From positions 46,603,847 to 46,667,846 of the forward strand of contig CP154954.1 in NCBI GenBank assembly GCA_039621445.1: a DNA stretch of 64,000 nt, in the 5' to 3' direction. Source of the stretch: Euglena gracilis (taxonomy: Eukaryota). Shown here in pieces: positions 47,101-59,063 of this stretch. Every line of letters starts with the position of its first letter. The first letter of the stretch is position 1. The notes below the pieces were generated by a model that was not told the DNA's origin, searched no databases, and was given only the letters and a program-made list of their open reading frames with translations. Position numbers and translations under genes: made by a program.

Positions 47101-50100
47101 CTGCCTATGAAAAAGTCAAACGTTTTTATGGCAAAGAGTTTGACGATTCAGTCGTTTTGTTTCAGGTTCAGGAAATTGAACCAATTTCGACCACCGAGGA
47201 TATTTTCAACCTCGTGAAAACAAAGTTGACACTCAGAAACAAAAATGAAGCCTTGCAAAGTTCTTTTTCATCCCCAGGCTATCAAGGGTTTAGGCGTTCA
47301 AGATCGGTTGGCGCTGAAAATCGATGGGGTGACAATCGGGGAGCCGGAAGGGTATACCCCGGGTAGGGCAACGAAACATCCCCCAACCAGAAGCAAATCA
47401 CAAATCAGCGAAACAGCATAACCTGATCAATCTGTTGCGTTATCATCCTCAAATGTGCAGACATCAAGCACTTCTTCAATGCTGAAAATTGTGGAGAACC
47501 CACCCAATGGGCAAAGACCGGTGGTGGGGGGGGCACAATGGATCCCACCCCCGTCACAATCAACAACGCCCTATTTTGCTAGACAAGCCCCGTGGAACAG
47601 AAACAATTTTCAGCCGTATGACAAAGGCAGCCAAGGGAAAGGAGGGAACAATTCCCAGGGATATGGGGAAAATAACACCCAATGGTATGGAGGGAACCAA
47701 CAGGGGTACAAGGGGAAGGGTGGTAAGGGCAGGGGGAGACAGAAGGTTATGACCAGAATTTCAGTTCCAAAGGGGGGAATGGCAAGAACAATAACCCTAC
47801 ACCAACGATGGCCCCCCCATGTACGCCTTTAGGGATGCTTGGGTAAAATTTATCAGGGGCTTATGACCCCAGGCAGTGAAACCCCCAACCCCAGCTTCTA
47901 AACCTGACCCTTCCACCCATAAACACCAAACCACGAACAATCGAACCACAAACGAAATGACCGGGAGCGGAGCTTGGAGTGTAAGTCAAATTGGCTGGCC
48001 GAGCCCAGCGTGATTGAGTGAGGGAGCGAGAAGCCAAGACCACCCGGAGCCAAGGAGAGCAGGCACGGCGAGGAAGCGGGCGAAGAAGGTATGAAGGGGA
48101 AGCGAATCCCCTCCCATTCCTTTCGCGTGCACATCCCTCCCAATTCCACATGCCAATACAAAACTCTCATGATTGTTTGAGTGGAAATAGGTGGGCCTCA
48201 AACAAAAAGTTGGCCAGAAACTTTCCCAGGGAATTGGACCTTTATTCTGGGAGTCATTCAGTGGAAAATTGGTTGCAGGAAAAGCGTTATGAGGCCGTTT
48301 CAGTGGACATAAACCCAGGTTTTCACCGAACCCATCCCGTGGACATACCTACCGTGGGAGTATCGAGCATACCCCCCTGGAAACTCTGAGTTCATAACGG
48401 CATTTGTGCCTTGCACGGGGTACAGCCGTGCTAAGAGGTGGGAGAAAGAAATTTGGAGTGGCAGACCAACTTGTGACAATAACTTTGTTAATCGTGGAAT
48501 ATTTTCAGCCCAAATTATGGTGGATTGAAAATCCCCGAACGAGACTTTTGCCAAAAACGCATTGTGTGCAACACTTCAATTTTATCGATGTGGATTATTG
48601 TCAATGTTCTGACTGGGGATACCAAAAACCCACTCGGATTTGGGGGAGTGAAAATTTGTTGAGTTTGAAAACAAACTTTGTGATGGGAAAAACCTGCCCG
48701 CATTTGATTGTGAGGGAAGGGGGTGGTTTGGGTCACAAAGAACAATTTGGAGGAAACGGAATGAGGGTGAGCATTCAACAAAAATGGGGGCCACCTGAAA
48801 AATTGGTTGAGTACCTTCTTTCGGTCCTTGATTTTAAGAAGAAAATATTTTCCTTTAGGTATGAGGATTATGTCGTTCGAAACTCATTTGTGCAAATGAT
48901 TGAGGAGAATTTTCAAATAAGGGCCGAGAGGAGAATCTCCAAAGAAGGGCCGAGGTGGATTTTTTTGCTTCTACCCAAAATTTTCAGTGCACATCATGTT
49001 TGACCGAGAAGGGAAATGCTTTGGCGGTACCATGGGGAGGGGTGGGGCACGGTTTGGTTGAACCCCCCCTTGGTCATTTTGGCCAAAGGTTGCAAAGAAA
49101 TTGCGATTGCATCTTGCGTGATTGGAGCAAAAAGTTGGGTAAGGTAATTTATCGGGAGGCATCAAAAAGTTTTATGTTCCACCCGGAAGCAAGCCTTAGT
49201 GTGAGGTGGGGAGTTTGGGCCTTGTTGATAGAGGGTAATACGTCCCCCGCTATCACCGGCAACCCCAAGAAACCTAGGATGGTAAAGTTGAAGTTACGAA
49301 TGGCTAAAAGGAGGTACCCACCCACAGGGATTGAGAAATTTTTGAAGGAACGACAACTTTTGATTCAGACTAGGGTTGTTTTGGGGAACGGTGAGGAAAA
49401 AAATATGGACATTTTGGGAGACACCGGTGCCGAGGCTAACCTCATTAGGCAAGGGTTAGTGAGTGAGCACCTGATGTATTCGGCCGAACACCCCTTGAGG
49501 TTTGAAACCACTAACGGTCAAGCCTTGAGTGGTGGGGGGAGGTGCACTAATGTTGTGATGAAGTTGCAAGGGGAGGTGAGTGATAACACACCACCCACAT
49601 ATTTTGAGTACGATGTGGAATTTTATGAAGCCAATATCAAAGTGGACGTAATTCTATCATACCAATGGCTTGTACGCACAAAAATCCGAGTTTTTCCACA
49701 TCACCGTGCCTTGGTAGTGGAGGAACCGGAAGTGACATTTTTGTTCGGAGTGAGAGATCACAGGATAAAACGGCAACAAAAAGTCCCTTGCACCCTACCC
49801 CAAGGAGGGGGTGCGACAAATTTGAAAAAGTTTGGCTTTCACCTTCCGATTCAAAAGGTAAAAGCCTTGGACGAAGATTCACTCAAAAATTTGGGCAGGA
49901 AGTTGGAAACTGCAGGTGACAACCCCCTACCAATTCGCAAAATGATCATTGCAAGGGATGGGGAGGGTAGTAAAGAAACGGACTCCGAAGAGAAAGAGAT
50001 AATAATAATAAAGCTATGAGACGAAATTTTTGGAAGGTATGATGGAACCGTATTTCGGTCTAAGGAACAACCCGACCCACCCATAAGAGGACCATATGGT

Positions 50101-50739
50101 TATGCATTAATACCTTTGCAAGAAGGAGAACCTTTTTTCATGCACGGGGAACGAAAAGAAGCTTTGGAAAAAATCACTCAAGATTGGATCGATATGAAAT
50201 TCATCGAGCCAGCCAAAACAAAATATTCAGAATGGCTCTCACAAACATTCCCCGTGCCAAAAAGTCAGCCGATTTCCCTTGGAGGGGGTTTTTGACGCAA
50301 GGGGACCCAACAGCCAAACCAGTAGATGCAACCGCCGTCTTCCTAAAATCGAAGACATCCTGGTGAAGCATGGTGCAAAAGATGTCGCATTTTGGATATA
50401 AAACATGCCTTCCACCAACAGCCGCTTTACCCGGATCGCAGGCCTACTATAACTTGCTCCTTCCCAACAAAGGGTCTTTACCAATGGAGGGTGGATGTAA
50501 TGGGGTTGTGGCATTGGACATGTCCCTACCTTTCAGATGAATTAGGCTGCGCCAGATAATGCACGCGTGCTGCACATTGTGATTTTTGTTTTTTATGTAC
50601 CGTCAGACCTCACGAGTTGATTGCTGGGCCCATGGGTCGTGGCCCCCTGGCGTATCTGGATCAATCGACTGACTGAAGGTTTGTACTGTGGCTGAAGTTT
50701 AAGAAATTGAAGTGTAAGTTGCCTGCCAATGGGTAGGAA
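44120..50739 (+). mobile_element. Element C sub-unit C4 (counterpart of C1)
   Basis: Same ORF fragments at offset ~36443. Protease at ~49354-49750 and truncated solo-LTR part at 50507-50739. Confidence 0.88.
48228..48827 (+). pseudogene. DNMT domain, frameshifted (C4)
   Basis: LDLYSG, AFVPC, WIENP and KPTRIW. Confidence 0.85.
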
Positions 50740-53700
50740 AATCATTTTGGTGCAATTATCCACCCTTGCAACTTGATTTCAGGAAGCGCAATGGCTCATT
50801 TTCTAGTTGAGCGGTGATTCCGCGAACTTTTCCCACTGTTTTTCCCAAGCGCATGAAAGTTCTGCCTACTTGCGCATCCCCTTGGGGGTTGCCTTTTGGC
50901 CCCCTCAACCTGCCCCATCCTTTACCTACGCTTGCCTTGGCCAAAAAGGCTGTGGGGTCCCCTTAGGGGAAAGTGGGGCCTCAAAAAGCCCTTGTGGGGC
51001 CTTGGAGCCCCCTCGCGGCCCTTCGTGGCCCCTTTGGGCCCCCTTGTGACCCCTCCTTGGGGCGGGCACCGCTGGACCGCGCACAAGATGTTCAGTGGAC
51101 CATAGATTAACAGCCAACGAGGGGACGTTAATTTTGACACAGCCAGACCCTGAAAATTTAATGTCAGCAGATTTAACAGCTGAGTCTTCTAATCTGGCCA
51201 TAGGGGGGCCAGCCGGGCTGTTAAATCATGCAGTGTCTAACATGGAAATAAGGAGGGATGAGGAAATGGCACTAGCACTACCTGTTTTTCAGCCCCCCGT
51301 TTTTGGACCACGGCCCACCGAATCAAATTGTTAGATGATGGGGGGTGATGCTATGACTTTAGTTTGACTCTTTGGACCAGGAATTGAGCTGGAGCATAAC
51401 TAACCGGGAGAGCATAATTCCCTCCCAGGTCGTGATTGAAAATCGGCTGGAAGATTGTGAGAAGAATTTGGCTGAAAAGAATGCCAGAGCACAGGCAGAA
51501 CTTTTGCAACCCATTCCTGAAAATATGGGGAGGCGAACGGTTGAAATGTGCAGCCAGTTTGAGCACGAAAAACCAAAAAGTCAGGAGCAAATTCAGCAAT
51601 CAGTCAGTCAATTTATTTTTTGATTCCAGGATAGGGGGAGTGCTGTGGGAAAACATTGCGAACAGCCACAAACAGCTTTTGGTGATTGAAGTTAAAAGGC
51701 AGATCGAAGGAAAGTTTCATGATCTTGAGAAAAAGTTACGAGATTTTCTGGGTGGTGAACTGGCACAATTTGAGAGCCATGGAAAAGATGGCCAGATAGA
51801 ATTGTTTGCACCAGGTGGGTTGATCGAACAAGTTGGAATTTGTTCGCATTCTGTTGAGGTAATTAACTCAGATTTTCGGAAGGAAATTTTTTGCAGTTCG
51901 ACAAGCAAATCGTGAGCTCTGCTCTGGGGTGGACAGAAAAATTGCTGAAAACGCTGCTGGGCTGAAAATGGTGGGGGAGGAATCAAAATCAAGTTTTGGG
52001 ACATTGGCCCAGGAAAATCAGCAGCGATTTGACGCAACTGGAAACGAGAGCAAAGCTCTGGGGGGTAGGATCACAGCAACTGAGAAATTTCTGGGCAGCT
52101 AGGAGGTGCCTTGGGAGAAGGTGGTTGAAATGCTGGGGAAATCAGAAGCAACAATTCAACTGGATGTTTGGAGGGAAATGGCCGCCCAGGTCAGAAAAAT
52201 GATGAAATCTTTGATGGAATGAAGGATGAAAATCTGAGGCAAACCCAAAAGGAAGAACACTTTTAAAAATTGCAAACTGACATTGAAATGGAGTGAAACA
52301 GCAATTTTTCACAGTTTTGATGAACATGCAGACAGATTTTCAGTGTAAAAAGAGTTAACGGGATGGTTTGCAAAAAACCGTATCAAACTTTGCGGTTCGG
52401 GAAATTTCAGCCGAAAATGCACAGCAAACTGACCGCAAGGCTCCTGATGTGGCCCAGCCCGAGGCAACAAATCAAAAGAATTAAGGATTTTTTTGGAATT
52501 AAGAGGGTGTCACCGGCTCAATCATCTGGGATTTTCGGGATTAGGGGGTGACCACAACGATGCCATGTGAAGTCTGGGATGTAGATCTGAGCGGGTGCAG
52601 ACCATCAAGTAGTTTTCCGGGGGTGCAATTGCAAAAAATCAGGTCATTGGCATTTGTGCAATGGGGGAGGCACCCCAACGACCCGCAGTCATAAGTGTTG
52701 GTAACCCAGCGGTGCAGCATGTGTTTAGAAATTTGATTGCACCCAAATTTTCGGGGAAATCTCAGGATTGGCTGCAATTTTGTGAGGATTGGCAGGCGTT
52801 TTCAAGGAAACTGAATTCTGCAGGGGGGGAAGTGAGTGAAGATTTTAAAGTTGCTCTGTTGGAGGATTGTCTTGACGAAACGAGCAAAAAAATTCTGAAG
52901 CTCCATCTCAATTAAGGGGAGATAAATTTTAATGCCGTTTAGGGTCACCTGGAAATGACATTTTCAGGGAATCAGGAAGGTGGGGCAAAACAAAGTTGGC
53001 AGCAGGTGAGCCTTTTTAATATGGGCAAAGTAGCCCTTGAGGACTGGCTTGAGTTTCAGGCAAAGTTCAATATGGCCAAGTGCAAGGTTAAGGATGTCGG
53101 GAAGGGGGAAGCAAAACGACATTTGTTGCAGAAACTTCCCTCATTCATCCTAAAAAGGGTTTCATATGAGAGGAAAAGGAGGCTGAATAATCAGCCACCC
53201 TTACGCCTAACGGTGCCAGTGAATAGGATTCAGAAATGGTTTCGGACAGCTTGGGGAGAATGCTTGGGAAAAGACCCACAAAAGTGTCGGAAATTCACGA
53301 GGGGCAATTCGAAGTCATTTTCCCTGACATTTCTGCCTATGAAAAAGTCAAAAGTTTTTATGGCAAAGAGTTTGACGATTCAATCGTTTTGTTCAGGTTC
53401 AGGAAATTGAACTAATTTCGACCACCGAGGATATTTTCAACCTCGTGAAAACAAAGTGAACACTCAGAAACAAAAATGAAGCCTTGCAAAGTTGTTTTTC
53501 ATCCCCAGGCTATCAAGGGTTTAGGCGTTCAAGATCGGTTGGCGCTGAAAGTCGACGGGGAGACAATCGGGGAGCCGGAAGGGTATACCCCGGGTAGGGC
53601 AACGAAACCTCCCCCAACCAGAAGCAAATCGCAAATCAGCGAAACAGCATAACCTGATCAATCTGTTGCGTTATAATCTTCAAATGTGCAGACATCAAGC

Positions 53701-54536
53701 ACTTCTTCAAGGCTGACAACGGTGGAGAACCCACCCAATGGGCAAAGACCGGTGGTGGGGGGGGCACAATGGATCCCACCCCCGTCACAATCAACAACGC
53801 CCTATTTTGCTAGACAAGCCCGGTGGAACAGAAACAATTTTCAGCCGTATGACAAAGGCAGCCAAGTGAAAGGAGGGAACAATTCCCAGGGATATGGGGA
53901 AAATAACACCCAGTGGTATGGAGGGAACCAACAGGGGTACAAGGGGAAGGGTGGTAAGGGCAGGGGGAGACAGAAGGTTATGACCAGAATTTCAGTGTCA
54001 AAGGGGGGAATGGCAAGAACAATAACCCTACACCAACGATCCCCACCCCATGTACGCCTTTAGGGATGCTGTGGAAAAAGTAAAAAAAAAAAAAAAACAA
54101 AAAAAAAAAAAAAAAAAGAAACAAAAAAAAAAAAAAAAAAAAAAGAAAACAAAACACACCCCCCCACAAAAAAAAAAAAAAAAACAGTGAAACCCCCAAC
54201 CCAGCTTCTAAACCCGACCCTTCCACCCATAAACACCAAACCACGGACAATCGAACCACAAACCAAATGACCGGGAGCGGAGCTTGGAGTGAAGACAAAT
54301 TGGCTGGCCGAGGCCAGCGTGATGGAGTGAGGGAGCGGGAAGCCAAGACCCCCCGGAGCCAAGGAGAGCAGGCACGGCGAGGAGGCGGGCGAAGGAGGTA
54401 TGAAGGGGAAGCGAATCCCCTCCCATTCCTTTCGCGTGCACATCCCTCCCAATTCCACATGCCAATACAAAACTATCATGATTGTTTGAGTGGGAATAGG
54501 TGGGCCTCAAACAAAAAGTTGGCCAGAAACTTTCCC

Positions 54537-55136
54537 AGGGAATTGGACCTTTATTCTGTGAGTCATTTAGTGGAAAATTGGTTGCAGGAAAAGCGTTATG
54601 AGGCGATTTCAGTGGACATCAACCCAGGTTTTCACCGAACCCATCCCGTGGACATACCTACCGTGGGAGTATCGAGCATACCCCCCTGGAAACTCTGAGT
54701 TCATAACGGCATTTGTGCCTTGCACGGGGTACAGCCGTGCTAAGAGGTGGGAGAAAGAAATTTGGAGTGGCAGACCAACTTGTGACAATAACTTTGTTAA
54801 TCGTGGAATGTTTTCAGCCCAAAACATGGTGGATTGAAAATCCCCGAACGGGAGTTTTGCCAGAAAGGCATTGTGTGCAACACTTGAATTTTATCGATGT
54901 GGATTATTGTCAATGTTCTGACTGGGGAGACCAAAAACCCACTCGGATTTGGGGGAGTGAAAATATGTTGAGTTTGAGAACAAACTTTGTGATGGGAAAA
55001 ACCTGCCCGCATTTGATTGTGAGGGAAGGGGGTGGTTTGGTTCACAAAGAACAATTTGGAGGAAACGGAATGAGGGTGAGCATTCAACAAAAATGGGGGC
55101 CACCTGAAAAATTGGTTGAGTACCTTCTTTCGGTCC
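54537..55136 (+). pseudogene. DNMT domain, frameshifted (C5)
   Basis: LDLYSV, AFVPC, WIENPRTG and KPTRIW. Confidence 0.85.
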
Positions 55137-56871
55137 TTGATTTTAAGAAGAAAAGATTTTCCTTCAGGTGTGAGGATTACGCCGTTCGAAACTCATTTGT
55201 CCAAATGATCGAGGAGAATTTTCAAATAAGGGCCGAGAGGAGAATCTTCAAAGAAGGGCCGAGGTGGATTTTTTTGCTTCTACCCAAAATTCCCAGGGCA
55301 CATCATGTTTGACCGAGAAGGGAAATGCTTTGGCGGTAACATGGGGAGGGGTGGGGCACGGTTTGGTTGAACCCCCCCTTGGTCATTTTGGCCAAAGGTT
55401 GCAAGGAAATTGCGATTGCATCTTACGTGATTGGAGCAAAGGTTGAGTAAGGCAATTTATCGGGAGGCATCAAAAAGTTTATTTTCCACCCAGAAGCAAG
55501 CTTTTTGAGGTGGATTGGAAACCAATGGGGGGTGTTAGGTGGGGAGTTTGGGCCTTGTTGATAGAGGGTAATAAGTCCCCCGCTATCACCGGCAACCCCA
55601 AGGAACCTAGGGTGGTACAGTTGAAGTTACGAATGGCTAAAAGGAGGTACCCACCCACAGGGATTGAGAAATTTTTGAAGGACCGACAACTTTCGATTCG
55701 GACAAGGGTTGTTTTGGGGAACGGTGAGGAAAAAAATATGGACATTTTGGGAGACACCGGTGCCGAGGCTAACCTCATTAGGCAAGGGTTAGTGAGTGTG
55801 CACCTGATGTTTTCGGCCGAACACCCCTTGAGGTTTGAAACCACTAACGGTCAAGCCTTGAGTGGTGGGGGGAGGTGCACTAATGTTGTGATGAAGTTGC
55901 AAGGGGAGGTGAGTGATAACACACCACCCACATATTTTGAGTACGATGTGGAATTTTATGAAGCCAATATCAAAGTGGACGTAATTCTATCATACCAATG
56001 GCTTGTACGCACAAAAATCGGAGTTTTTCCACATCACCGTGCCTTGGTAGTGGAGGAACCGGAATTGACATTTTTGTTCGGAGTGAGAGAGCACAGGAGA
56101 AAACGGCAACAAAAAGTCCCTTGCACCCTACCCCAAGGAGGGGGTGTGACAAATTTGAAAAAGTTTGGCTTTCACCTTCCGATGGAGGGTTGTGATCAAA
56201 GGGTAAAAGCCTTGGACGAAGATTCACTCAAAAATTTGGGCAGGAAGTTGGAAACTGCAAGTGAAAACCCCCTACCAATTCGCAAAATGATCATTGCAAG
56301 GGAGGGGGAGGGTAGTAAAGAAACGGAATCCGAAGAGGAGGAGATAATAATAATGCTAAGAGACGAAATTTTTGGAAGGTATGATGGAACCGTATTTCGG
56401 TCTAAGGAACAACCCGACCCACCCGTAAGAGGACCATATGGTTATGCATTCATACCTTTGCAAGAAGGAGCGCGGCCTACCCGACAAAAACTATTTTTCA
56501 TGCACGGGGAACGAAAAGAAGCTTTATAAAAAATCACTCAAGATTGGACCGATATGAAATTCATCGAGCCAGCCACAACAAAACATTCAGAACGGCTCTC
56601 ACAAACATTCCCCGTGCCCAAAAAGTCAGCCGATTTTCCTGGGAGGGGGTTGTTGACACGAGGGGACCCAACAGCCAATCCAGTAGATGCAACCACCGCC
56701 TTCCGAAAATCGAAGACATCCTGGTGAAGCATTGTGCAAACCAGACGTTCTCATTTTTGGATTTAAAACAAGCCTTCCACCAACAGCCGCCTTACCCGGA
56801 TAGCTGGCCTACTATAACTTGCTCCTTCACACCAAAGGGTTTTTACCAATGGAGGGTGAATGTAATGGGGT

Positions 56872-57322
56872 TCTGGCATTGGACATGTCCCTACCTTTCA
56901 GATGAATTAGGCTTCGCCAGGTAATGCACGCGTGCTGGTCATTTTTTTTCTGTACAGTCAGACCTCATGAGTTGATTGCTGGGCCCATGGGTCGTAGCCC
57001 CCTGGCGTATATCAGGATCATGGGACTGACTGAAGGTTTGGATATTTGAGTTTTTTGCTGTGGCTGAAGTTTGAAGAATTGAAGTAGAAGTTCAATTCTT
57101 CAAACTTCAGCCACAGCAAAAAACTCAAATATCCAAACCTTCAGTCAGTCCCATGAGTTGCCAATGGGTGGGAATCGAAGGCCCAAGGCGGAAGGCGAAG
57201 CAAAGGTATCACAAAACCCAAGGCGAAGCCGAAGTCAGCCAAACAGGGGGCCCGGAGTCGGGCAGCTAAAAATGTGTGAATTGCGAAGATAGCCCCCTCC
57301 CAGGCGACGCCCCGGTTTTACA
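56872..57322. mobile_element. Solo-LTR-like insertion, duplicate copy, TSD GGGT
   Basis: GGGT at 56868-56871 and 57323-57326. Confidence 0.85.
57018..57156. repeat. 66-bp perfect inverted repeat, duplicate copy
   Basis: Same arms and spacer as 26749-26887. Confidence 0.93.
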
Positions 57323-59063
57323 GGGTTAACTAACGCCTCACAACAAATACAACAAATGATGGATGACCGTTCAGCACCTGTAAGGATTATTGCCACCCCA
57401 TACATTGATTACATTTTGGTAAGGACTACTTTCGGGGAGGGGGAGGATGTCCTCGAGGCAAACAAAAGGGTTTTGTGTATGGTTTTGGATTTACTCACCG
57501 AGGAAATTTTTGTAGTGGACTCCAAAAAAGCGAAACTATTCATCAAGGAAGTGGAACTTTGTGGCCAGATTTTTGGGGCATGGCACGCGTTGGCCGGCCC
57601 CCGGCAAATTACGCGCCATTGAAAAATGGGAGTGTACCTACAACCTTAACGGCATTAAGGGCTTTCCTTGGCTTCACAAATTATTACAACACCTACATAC
57701 ACATGGATGCTCAAGTGGCGGCACCTTTGCAAGATAGTTTAAAGGTGTCTCAGGAGGAAGGCAAGAAAGGGAGCAAAAAAAATGCGTTGAATTCGGGGAG
57801 GTTGCACACAAAGCATTTGAACAGTTAAAGAAGTGGTTTTTTTCCGGATTAATTCTTCAAAGGGTAGACCCCCATGGACCCTTTGCTTTGAGAGTTGATG
57901 CGAGTGGGTATGCCGTAGGACAAACTTTGGAACAACTCAAAGAAGGAAACGGCACCCCCCACCCCAAGATACTTTGGAGAAAAAAACGGTGCTTGTTGCT
58001 TTTATGTCCCGAAAACTCACCGCGGGGCAAAGAAAATGGACCCCCCTGCACCTGGAGACATATGCCATAATTTTGGCACTCCAAAAGTGGGAGAGTTGGA
58101 TCGGTCTGCAACCCGTTTTGGTGTTGACCGATAACCAAAGTTTTGGGGCATGGGCAAAGGAAATGCTCGACACCCCAAGTGGACCGGTGGGGAGGAGGGC
58201 ACGATGGCACCAAATTTTCTCAAAATGCGACTTGAAAGTGGGGTACATTCCGGGGAAGGAAAACACTATCGCCGGCATTTTAATTCGGTGAGCGCACCCC
58301 GAGTCGCACGCTTTAAGGGACATTAGTAAACACGGATCGGCTGAGGATAAGAGGGAAATGGAGGAGCTCATAAGAGAGGAGAGTGAAGATGAGAAAAATT
58401 GCTTGTTGGTCAAGTTGAAAAATCAGCCCATCGCTCGTAACATGTGGATAGGGGGGGGGGTAACCCGCAGTGGAAAAGAGGTGGCACCCAATTTTGTGGA
58501 TGATGCATCAGGGAGGGGTACCGACAGTGTAGAGAGTCCGGGAGGAATAAGCACCACCGAAGACGCTCACTGACAAGGGCCTAGGGATTTTTGGTTCGAA
58601 AAACGGTAAGAGAAGAGTTACCTTTTGGGATGGAGTGGTCCCTGCGGAAAATTTGGTGACTAGCCCAAAACTTCCGACTAATGAGTTACCGAGGGGGAGG
58701 GACGGAGAAGGTGTGGCCAACTCCAAGTGCAACCCCCAAGCTAACAAAATGAGTTTGGGAGAGAGATTGGGTAGTAACGTGTACCGAATGATCTACTTGG
58801 AAGGAAATTTGGCTAGCAACTCAAAATGACGGTGAGTGGCCAAATGGTGTGAAATTTCACAAAGACCGTAAAAAAATATGTTTTTTGAGGAGAGGTTGTG
58901 TGTTCCACTTTCTTTTCAAGAATTAATTGTGCAAGAAGTCCATGAATTCTTGGGACATGTTGGTCCCGAAAAAGTGTGGAATTTAATCATTTTGCGGTAC
59001 GCGTGGGCTGATGAAAAAAGGGCACTTGTTTTCAACGAAAGCTGTTCCAAAAATTGTGTCACG

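Larger units (their letters stand above)
50740..59063 (+). mobile_element. Element C sub-unit C5 with RT-RNase H-integrase N-terminus (counterpart of C3)
   Basis: Protease ~55687-56083, RT/RH ~56400-58291 and integrase Zn-finger 58878-59063 cut at CACG. Confidence 0.9.

Noticed and set aside
53978-54479. Poly-Phe membrane-protein-like ORFs
   Set aside because: Antisense translation of the A-rich burst.
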